A stretch of 64,000 nt of DNA from a virus, in IMG/VR virus record IMGVR_UViG_3300025645_000047, positions 1-64,000 of that record. One strand, written 5' to 3'. Shown one piece after another: positions 37,677 through 45,881 of the stretch (within the stretch, counting starts at the first letter, position 1; every line of letters starts with the position of its first letter). The position numbers and the translations under genes are program-made. The notes beneath the pieces are model-generated. The model saw only the letters and a program-made list of their open reading frames with translations, searched no databases and was not told where the DNA came from.

Positions 37677-38169
37677 AAGAAACCATAAGATAAAGACTGA
37701 CTATGGTAGCGGTGATTACTACAAGCACTTTATAAAAGAGACTGGAGCAACACACATATCAAGAGCAATGTTTGGATCAATAATCCGAGAATTCAATACT
37801 CATATAAGAGATAGAATTTCTACTAGAGGTGCTGAATATATTCTTCCCCAACGAGTAGGAAAGATTGAACTAAGGAAGGTAAAGACTGAAGTTAAGATAG
37901 ATGAGGATGGTATTATTATAAACAACCTTCCAGTAAATTGGAAAGCAACAAGAGAGTTGTGGGCTGAAAACTCAAAGGCGAAGGAAAGGAAAGTAAAGAT
38001 TAGGTATACTAACGAGCATACTGATGGTCACACTTTTAGAATATATTACAGAAAGTCAAAAGCTAACTTTAAAAATAAAAGCATCTACAAGATGCAATTT
38101 AATAGAACTATGAAGCGTCAGTTGTCTGCATCTATATTTGCAGGAAAGATTGATGCTTTCTTAAATTAA
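37642..38169 (+). CDS. IHF/HU-like protein of the crAss-like tail module
   Basis: LPQRVGKIELRK...LPVNWKAT..LW...NEHTDG; very basic; probable ATG at 37642. Confidence 0.75.
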   Translation: MQEDHNDKEEDKRNHKIKTDYGSGDYYKHFIKETGATHISRAMFGSIIREFNTHIRDRISTRGAEYILPQRVGKIELRKVKTEVKIDEDGIIINNLPVNWKATRELWAENSKAKERKVKIRYTNEHTDGHTFRIYYRKSKANFKNKSIYKMQFNRTMKRQLSASIFAGKIDAFLN

Positions 38170-38174
38170 ACAAT

Positions 38175-38885
38175 ATGGCAAGCACAGGGAATTTAGTTAG
38201 CATCAAAATGATTGCTGATAGGTTATTTCAAAATCCTTTGATGAAGGATCTTAATTATGAATTTATTGTGGATAATGCAATTGAAGTTCTTAGAATACTA
38301 GATGCTCCGGCAATTTATGTAACAAGAAGAGAAGCTATCAATGTAGAAAACTTTAGAGCACTTAAGCCTATTGACATGGTAAAGGTTGAAGGAATAGTAA
38401 GAACTGACAGAAATGGCCACCCGGAAACATTAAGCCACAGTGAAGATATATCACAAGAATTCTTTCATGTTGGAAATAAACTACCATCAAGAGATGACGG
38501 CACATATACATTAAACAGTAAGTACGTTAATGTAAACTTTGAAAAAGGAGTAATCAATGTAATATACAAAGCTATTGCAACTGATGAGGAGTGCTATCCA
38601 TTAATACTTGACAACGCAATCTTATTAAGATGTGTGCAAAGTTATATTAAATGGAAATGGTTTGACATCATGAACGATATGGATATGATATCAAATCAAA
38701 AGCTAAGCAAAGCTGAGATTGATTATTGTTTTAATGTTGCTCAAGCTGATGCAAATCTTAAGCTTCCAAGCATAGATGAGATGGAGTCTTTAACAAATAT
38801 GATAACCCAAATACTACCAAGTAGAACTGAATTCAAAAGAAGATTTGAATTTCTAGGTGCTCAAGAGTATACAAGAATACACTAA
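38175..38885 (+). CDS. Tail tubular protein (P22 gp4-like ring)
   Basis: VSIK.I.DRL...PL.KDL, Y.AI.TDEE.YPLI.DN, PS.DEMES motifs; directly upstream of the muzzle gene. Confidence 0.75.
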   Translation: MASTGNLVSIKMIADRLFQNPLMKDLNYEFIVDNAIEVLRILDAPAIYVTRREAINVENFRALKPIDMVKVEGIVRTDRNGHPETLSHSEDISQEFFHVGNKLPSRDDGTYTLNSKYVNVNFEKGVINVIYKAIATDEECYPLILDNAILLRCVQSYIKWKWFDIMNDMDMISNQKLSKAEIDYCFNVAQADANLKLPSIDEMESLTNMITQILPSRTEFKRRFEFLGAQEYTRIH

Positions 38886-38886
38886 T

Positions 38887-41800
38887 ATGATAAAGCAACA
38901 CGAGGGAAAGTACTTAGGAATGAGCAAGGATGTCGCAAGTGACTTGCAAATTGATAAGTATTTTGATGCAAAGAATATACGTATTATTGCAACTGATCAA
39001 AAAAGTTCTTTTGCACTTACTAATGAAGTAGGTAATGAACTTATTTTTTCTATTCCCATACCTGAATTAAACTTACTAACTACTAGTATAGATTATGTTG
39101 TTTCAAATCAGTTTGCAGCAAATCAAACTAAAAAACTTTTTTACTCTACATCAACTGGACTTGATGGTGCTACACCTCCAAGGTGTGAGATAGAGAGAAC
39201 GTATCAGGGACTAACTTCTGGAACCCAAGTAATCATAGGTACAAAAGAACTTAGGAACTCAGCGTTAATTATATCAACTGATAACAATGGGTTTGATTGT
39301 TTTTGGGAAGTGACCAACTTAAATGGAAGTCAATTTGAACTTGAATTGTTGTACATGGGTGACTTAGACTTATCTACTCAAAATTTAGTTCAGATATTAT
39401 ATAACTATGAGAATTCAGTTATAGAAAAAGTGTATTTTGTTGATGGCATACATCAAATAAGATTCATGAATATTCGTCAAAGTATTGATAATGGAGATTC
39501 AAGAAACCTAATTGACGTTAGCCCTAATGCACTTGATGTAGTAGGTACGTTTGATTTATCTCAACCATCAATTGAAGGAATTGTTTCTGGTGGTACTCAT
39601 ACTTCAGGTAAGATACAGTATGCTTATGGACTCTATGTTCTTAATGGTGCTCAAACAACTATATCACCTGTGTCTGAATTAGTATCAATTGATAAAGGTC
39701 CAGGAGAAGGAGGAGGAGATGTGAACGAAGTGTTAGGAAGATCTGTTAGAATAAAGATTCCTAATCTTGACAATCAATTTAGTCACGTAAAAATATATTC
39801 TATAAAGTATACATCTCTTGACCAGTTGCCAGAAGTAAAAATTGTAGCTGACAAAGAGATTGATGATTTTGAAGAATTCTCATTTACTGATGACAACTCT
39901 TCTTTAGAAGGAATATCATTAGAAGCTTTCTTATTCCTAGGCTCAGCACCTATTATACCACAGCACATCGTAACTAAAGACAATAGATTATTTCCTATAA
40001 ACATTAAAGAGGTGCCATTTGACATTGACTTAGATACAAGGGCCTATTCATTTGATGATCAACAACAAGCCTTTGTTATAGATTCCCCATACGTTGATGA
40101 CAACTTAGAGCTTCAAGGAAATACTCAGGATGCATCAAATTTTCTTTTATCAAGATCTCTTGATTCAATTAATGCAGATTATGGTGCACAAAAATATCAA
40201 AGCGATGGAATTACTTTAGGTGCTACAGGTCTTTACACAGAAGTAGAAATAATACAAAATACTGATCTTACAGAGTCACAGATAGATGAACTCCAGTTTT
40301 TTAAAGATAGAGAACTATACAGGATAGGTATTAAGTTTTACAACAGAAGAGGACAAAGCTCAGAGCCTTCTTGGATAATGGATTTAAGAGCACCTGGAGA
40401 ATCAAACTTATTTGGAAAATATAGTCAACTAAAAGTTACACTAACACCAGAATTCTATACATGGCTAAACACATCTTCTAATTTTGCATCAGAAGATGAA
40501 AAGCCAGTTGGGTATAAGATATTAAGGGCTGACAGAAAACTAAGTGATCAGACAATACATTCTCAAGGAATGATAAATCCAATGATTGCAAACTGGTTGT
40601 CTAATGACAAGCCACAGAGTAAGCCTGATTGGAAAGAAATAGTTAATGGAGGTGGATCAAACAAAGTAGACATACTTCCTTCGATGACAAGGATGTTTCA
40701 AAATATAGTTCCATTTAATGCATGTGAAGATTACTTACCATTAGTAGTAGATAACTTAGGTGGTGGTAATATATTAGGTCAAGGAACATTTAGAGAAGGA
40801 TTCTATGCAAATAATACTGAAGATAATTTAGCAATGAATTTTCAGCACAGCAGAATGATGCAGTATTTTAGCCCAGAAGTTTCATTTAGAAATAATGTTA
40901 TTGATGCTAGTTATATATTAAATATTGTTGGACTAGAAAGACAATCAGAGATAGAATGCTGGTCAACAGAGACAAATCCAATTAGTGCAGTATCTTCAAC
41001 AGAAGTTATATTTAGAAATGGAATAAACATAGACTCTCCTGGGGTTGATTCTAGTGAAGTTTTTTCAGGAAGTGCAACTAATCTAGATGATTATGGTTTC
41101 TTTGGCCCAGCTAACGATGATACAGCAGCTACTACTCACCAAGTATATAGAGAGTTTTTGTCAGACTTTGCTCCTGCTTCAGGTCCTCTTGAGAATAGAC
41201 AGTGGGAAGTTTATGGATCTCCTGAAATTACACAAGAAGGTGCAGACTTTAAAGAGTATAATGGTAATCCAAAGTTAAGATACTCAAACAATTTAAAGAC
41301 AATGAAGGTTGACAACTTCACTGGAGATGATGGACCAAACAATGATTCTGATGTAAGAATAAAAGGATGTAACACCATTGGTGCAAAGTGTATTACTTTT
41401 GCTTTAGGTGCTGCTGATTTAGAATTAGATCAGAGACCTAGTATTGAACAAATACATCAACAGGCACAAACAGTTTCAGGTGTAACAAATAATATTGCTA
41501 ATGATGGAGTTTTAATTGCTGAATTTGTAAGACCAGAATACTTGTTGTATACTGGAGGGTTTTATGGCGGAATGTCTAGTGAAGCTAAAGGAGTGTCAAG
41601 CTATATAGAAATAGGATCTTATACAGGGATAGATCAAAACACAGTTACAATAGAATCTCCTGGAGATACTTTTGTAAACGTCTTTAAATTTGCAAAAATG
41701 ACAAAGGCTGACTTAGAAATTCAAAGTCAAGATTATAACATAATGTCAGAAATAGTTTCTGTAAGACTTGAGACAACAGTTGATCTTAAAAATAGAAATG

Positions 41801-42993
41801 ACTTATCTTTAATTAATTGGGACAATAGATGGCAACCAAGAATGGAAGAGTACAACAACTACAATACTGTATACTCTCAACAGCCAACATTAATAAAATC
41901 TGTAGACACCGGAACTAAGCTTAAAAAGATTAAAGAGTTTGATGCAAGGTTAGTAGCTTCAAAAGAAAAGATACCTGGAGAATTCATTGATAGTTGGACA
42001 GACTTTTTAGAAAATGAAGTGATGGATCTTGATGGAAAGTACGGACCAATTAATGCAGTCGTAAACTTAAAGGATGAAATATTTTGTCTTCAAGATACTG
42101 CTGTTGCACAAATATCTATAAACCCTAGAGTTCAAATACAAGGAAATGATGGCTTATCTTTAGAGTTAGGTACCGGAGGAGTTCTTAATGATTACTCTTA
42201 TAGAACAACAACTGTTGGTTGCTTAAACAAATTTGGAGTAGTAACATCAGAGATGGCATTCTATTTTATTGATGTAATTAACCGGGGCATAATGACTTTT
42301 GATGGACAAAAGATTGGTAGGTTAACAGACTCTAAAGGACTTCACTACGAGATGTTAGAAAGAATGAATTACGAAGAGTTAATAAAAGATAATGCTGTAT
42401 TAGGAACAGGTGTTTCACTTGGTTACAATCCTGTAAATGCAGATGTGTACTTTACATTCTTACAACCAGGAGATAACTTTACGTTAGGATTTAACGAAAA
42501 GATGTCAGAGTTTGTTTCTTTTTATGATTACACTCCTGCTTGGTATATAAACAAAGGATCTGTATTAATTAGTACAAACCCAAATAGTGTTTCATTATGG
42601 GAGCACTTTAAAGGTAAGCCTAATTACTTTTATGGAACTCATTATCCTAGTAGTGTTACATTACATGTTGCACCAGCAGGAAATGAAATCATACTTAACA
42701 ATGCAGGATACAAGATGGAACTTGTAGATGAATCTACAGGATTAGAAATCCCAAACAAAGGATTAACTGGAGTAAGAGTCTATAATGACTATCAAGATTC
42801 AGGACTAGTTGACTTACAATTAAGAAAGAATGTGTTTAAAAGGTTTAGAAACTGGAAGATTAATTTCCCAAGACAAGCTGGCTCTAGAGATAGAGTACGC
42901 AGTGCATGGGGCTTTGCTGAGTTTGTCTTTGAAAACACGGATGGTAACAAATTAACCTTACATAACATATCAATATTTTACACACAGTATTAA
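38887..42993 (+). CDS. Tail stabilisation / muzzle protein (P22 gp10-like)
   Basis: GMSKD, YFDAKNIRI, KVYFVDG, QYAY, K..GE.IDSWTDF...DLDGKYGPIN, KRFRNWKI motifs; about 1368 aa. Confidence 0.85.
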   Translation: MIKQHEGKYLGMSKDVASDLQIDKYFDAKNIRIIATDQKSSFALTNEVGNELIFSIPIPELNLLTTSIDYVVSNQFAANQTKKLFYSTSTGLDGATPPRCEIERTYQGLTSGTQVIIGTKELRNSALIISTDNNGFDCFWEVTNLNGSQFELELLYMGDLDLSTQNLVQILYNYENSVIEKVYFVDGIHQIRFMNIRQSIDNGDSRNLIDVSPNALDVVGTFDLSQPSIEGIVSGGTHTSGKIQYAYGLYVLNGAQTTISPVSELVSIDKGPGEGGGDVNEVLGRSVRIKIPNLDNQFSHVKIYSIKYTSLDQLPEVKIVADKEIDDFEEFSFTDDNSSLEGISLEAFLFLGSAPIIPQHIVTKDNRLFPINIKEVPFDIDLDTRAYSFDDQQQAFVIDSPYVDDNLELQGNTQDASNFLLSRSLDSINADYGAQKYQSDGITLGATGLYTEVEIIQNTDLTESQIDELQFFKDRELYRIGIKFYNRRGQSSEPSWIMDLRAPGESNLFGKYSQLKVTLTPEFYTWLNTSSNFASEDEKPVGYKILRADRKLSDQTIHSQGMINPMIANWLSNDKPQSKPDWKEIVNGGGSNKVDILPSMTRMFQNIVPFNACEDYLPLVVDNLGGGNILGQGTFREGFYANNTEDNLAMNFQHSRMMQYFSPEVSFRNNVIDASYILNIVGLERQSEIECWSTETNPISAVSSTEVIFRNGINIDSPGVDSSEVFSGSATNLDDYGFFGPANDDTAATTHQVYREFLSDFAPASGPLENRQWEVYGSPEITQEGADFKEYNGNPKLRYSNNLKTMKVDNFTGDDGPNNDSDVRIKGCNTIGAKCITFALGAADLELDQRPSIEQIHQQAQTVSGVTNNIANDGVLIAEFVRPEYLLYTGGFYGGMSSEAKGVSSYIEIGSYTGIDQNTVTIESPGDTFVNVFKFAKMTKADLEIQSQDYNIMSEIVSVRLETTVDLKNRNDLSLINWDNRWQPRMEEYNNYNTVYSQQPTLIKSVDTGTKLKKIKEFDARLVASKEKIPGEFIDSWTDFLENEVMDLDGKYGPINAVVNLKDEIFCLQDTAVAQISINPRVQIQGNDGLSLELGTGGVLNDYSYRTTTVGCLNKFGVVTSEMAFYFIDVINRGIMTFDGQKIGRLTDSKGLHYEMLERMNYEELIKDNAVLGTGVSLGYNPVNADVYFTFLQPGDNFTLGFNEKMSEFVSFYDYTPAWYINKGSVLISTNPNSVSLWEHFKGKPNYFYGTHYPSSVTLHVAPAGNEIILNNAGYKMELVDESTGLEIPNKGLTGVRVYNDYQDSGLVDLQLRKNVFKRFRNWKINFPRQAGSRDRVRSAWGFAEFVFENTDGNKLTLHNISIFYTQY

Positions 42994-43011
42994 TTCTGTA
43001 TGATACCAAAT

Positions 43012-43043
43012 ATTGACAACAGAGTATAGATAACTTATATTTG
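43012..43043 (+). promoter_or_regulatory. Host-type -33/-7 promoter
   Basis: ATTGAC at 43012, TATATTTG at 43036 (offset 24). Confidence 0.68.
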
Positions 43044-43047
43044 CATT

Positions 43048-45603
43048 ATGGCATTAGAAAAAGATCCAAAAAATAATAAACCTTCATTTAACGTGAAGGC
43101 TTATAAGCATGCCATCTCTATGATAGAATCTAATGGAGGTAAATTACTAGAAGCAGGCAGGAGCAAAACAACTGGAGAACTATTATCATCTGCAGCTGGT
43201 AAGTATCATTTTCTTTATGATGAAATAATGCATGATCCTTCTATGAAGGGTGTATCTAAAAGAGAGTTTATAAATGATCCTGAACTTCAGGAAGAAATAA
43301 TGGACAAGGCTCTTAATGGAAACCTTAAGGGATACACTTATGGAATAGATTACGCAAAACAATTAAAAGAAGAATTTAACACAAATCATACTGCAGAAGA
43401 GCTTGCAGCTTTAACTCATTTCTTAGGAGCAGGAGGAGTTAAGACTTACTTAAGAGATCCTGATTATGTAGTTCCGGGAGAATTAAATGCAACAGGTCAA
43501 CAATACGCAGATAGGTTTACAAAGAATTATAACACTTATACTCCTCCTGAAGAAGAGGCTTTAATAGAAGGTGCACCTGTAGATACACCTGTAGCTGAGC
43601 CTACACAAGCTTTACCTAATCAACCTATGCAATCAAGAAGGAGAAGTAGTAGAGATGCAGCACAATCAAGTAGGCCAAGAATAGAAAATTTACCCATGAG
43701 CTCTAGAAATCTCATGAAGAAAAATATTACCATACAAGATTTGCCACCAATGCAAGGTATGAATCCAGTGCAAGCTATGGATCCAATGTCAAATCCTCTT
43801 CAGTTTGGAGGTTATAATAAACTTGTAATGGGAGGTCCCACAGGTGCAGATGATGCAGCAGAAGATGCATCAGGCCCTGGTGCTGGTGCTTATGTAGCAG
43901 CTGCAGGAACTGCAATGGAATTAGGTAATATGGCGTTTGGAGCCACAGGTATTAGTAGAGATGGATCAACCCCTCCACCAGATGTTCCTTCTCAAGGAGC
44001 AGCAGCAGCAGCAGGTATGTTAAAGGGTGCAGCAGCAGGTGCAGCATTTGGGCCATGGGGTGCAGCAATAGGAGGTGGAGTTGGAGCAGTAGCAGGATTT
44101 GTTGGACAAGGAAAACAAAAAGATGATGCAGCTGAGGCTGCGTTTCAATACGAAGCAAACATGCATAACCAAGCAAGTAATAGTTATGCTAAAGGTGGTA
44201 TGTTAAAAAGAGCTGATGGTTCTTATTCTAAAAGAGGGCTATGGGATAACATAAGAGATAATAAAGGATCTGGAAAGAAACCTACTGAACAAATGTTAGC
44301 TCAAGAAAGAAAGATAAACAGCAAGGAAGAAGGTGGGCCATTAGATCCTCTTACTAATACTGGAACTAAGACTCTTGAAGACAAAAAACCAAAACCAGCA
44401 TATACTGAACAACAAGAGAAAGCTATACAGGACTCAATAAAAGCAATCAAGCAAATATATGGTGAAAATGTTGATCAAGGAACTATCAATACTATACTAA
44501 GTAATATAGAAATTGAAACTGGATTTAGAGATCTAAGAGAAAAGGCTTATTCATTTGATAGAATTAAAGAGTTAGGAGATGGTGACTTATACAGTGCTAA
44601 CAAGAACTTAGATAAATGGGGTAAAGGTAAAGCTGCCTATAACAAACTTAGCAAACCAGAAAGAATATCTGTTATGTATTATGGTGATACAGATCACGCA
44701 GACATTGCTGGAGGTACTGGTGTATTACAATTAACTAGTGCTAACTATGGTGGTAACAGCAAAACAGAAGATGAAATAACCAAAGCTTCTAATCAGCTAG
44801 GCTTAAGTAATAGCAAGTTAGCTGACAACTTCTATGACAGTACATTGTTAACTCTTCAAGTAATGAAAGATAGAGGCCATGACTTTTCTGGTTTTGGTAA
44901 TGCAAAAGATGCAAGATTCTCTGTAGTTAATCCTGGACAGAATTATGATAAGATGGACGCAAAAAAGCAAGCTATACTTGATAATGATTACTCTAGCTAT
45001 TATGGAAACATGAACCAGTCAGTTGACCCAAGTATCATAACAAACAATACTGGATTAGATCAAAGTACTAAAGATAGATTTTTAAAAACAAATGAAGCGA
45101 CAGGACTCACTCCTGACATAGTTGAAAAGCTAACTCAGCAAGCACCAATAAGGGAAACAAATCCAATGCTAGCTGCATTCACATCAGACCCTAACAAAGA
45201 CTTATTCTCAGGAATAGGAATGAACTACCAAAAGCAAAAAATGTCTTCTTACGAAGAAGATGAGATGATGAAAAATATTCAAGGGCAAAATCAAAATCAA
45301 TTTATGAGTGGTGGAGAAATGAACTCTCAAGTAAGACCAGGAGGAGGAGCATCAGAATTAGTTACTTTGTTTGAGAACGGAGGTTCACATAGTCAAAACT
45401 CTTTAGGCGGAATACCTCAAGGTGTAGGTGCTAATGGTAAACCAAACTTAGTAGAAGAAGGAGAAACAAAATGGAATGATTACATATTTTCAAACTCTAT
45501 TGACATGGATGGTAACTTTACTGGTGAAGATGGAAAGAAAACTAATGTATTTAAAAAGAATAAAGAAAAAAATTCTTTTAATATTGAAAACTTTAAATTA
45601 TAA
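43048..45603 (+). CDS. Ejection/cargo protein with two lysozyme-like domains and a glycine-zipper TM
   Basis: AISMIESNGG...SSAAGKYHF; GAAAGAAFGPWGAAIGGGVG; ILSNIEIETG...GVLQLTSANY; C-terminal GGIPQG...NLVEEGET..DYIFSN. Confidence 0.72.
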   Translation: MALEKDPKNNKPSFNVKAYKHAISMIESNGGKLLEAGRSKTTGELLSSAAGKYHFLYDEIMHDPSMKGVSKREFINDPELQEEIMDKALNGNLKGYTYGIDYAKQLKEEFNTNHTAEELAALTHFLGAGGVKTYLRDPDYVVPGELNATGQQYADRFTKNYNTYTPPEEEALIEGAPVDTPVAEPTQALPNQPMQSRRRSSRDAAQSSRPRIENLPMSSRNLMKKNITIQDLPPMQGMNPVQAMDPMSNPLQFGGYNKLVMGGPTGADDAAEDASGPGAGAYVAAAGTAMELGNMAFGATGISRDGSTPPPDVPSQGAAAAAGMLKGAAAGAAFGPWGAAIGGGVGAVAGFVGQGKQKDDAAEAAFQYEANMHNQASNSYAKGGMLKRADGSYSKRGLWDNIRDNKGSGKKPTEQMLAQERKINSKEEGGPLDPLTNTGTKTLEDKKPKPAYTEQQEKAIQDSIKAIKQIYGENVDQGTINTILSNIEIETGFRDLREKAYSFDRIKELGDGDLYSANKNLDKWGKGKAAYNKLSKPERISVMYYGDTDHADIAGGTGVLQLTSANYGGNSKTEDEITKASNQLGLSNSKLADNFYDSTLLTLQVMKDRGHDFSGFGNAKDARFSVVNPGQNYDKMDAKKQAILDNDYSSYYGNMNQSVDPSIITNNTGLDQSTKDRFLKTNEATGLTPDIVEKLTQQAPIRETNPMLAAFTSDPNKDLFSGIGMNYQKQKMSSYEEDEMMKNIQGQNQNQFMSGGEMNSQVRPGGGASELVTLFENGGSHSQNSLGGIPQGVGANGKPNLVEEGETKWNDYIFSNSIDMDGNFTGEDGKKTNVFKKNKEKNSFNIENFKL

Positions 45604-45611
45604 TAACTAAG

Positions 45612-45878
45612 ATGAAACAAACGCAAAATCAATTTTACGGAAAACTGGAAGAGCTTAAAGATCTTCCAACTGGATCAACATTCTTAGACGTAGAGTCAGG
45701 AGATATGTATTACGGTGTGGCAGGAACAATGGTAAAGGCTGGGAACTTTGTAGCTAACTCTACCATAGGAGAACCTACGGGATCTAGTCCAGTACTTAAT
45801 GCAGTATCACTCACTCAGGCAGAGTACAATGCAGGAACTCCATTAAATGGAACCTTGTATATGATAACAGACGCATAA
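45612..45878 (+). CDS. Small adaptor protein with TQNQF module
   Basis: MKQTQNQFYG start; C-terminal SLTQAEYNA...GTLYMIT fibre-joint motif. Confidence 0.7.
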   Translation: MKQTQNQFYGKLEELKDLPTGSTFLDVESGDMYYGVAGTMVKAGNFVANSTIGEPTGSSPVLNAVSLTQAEYNAGTPLNGTLYMITDA

Positions 45879-45881
45879 GCT

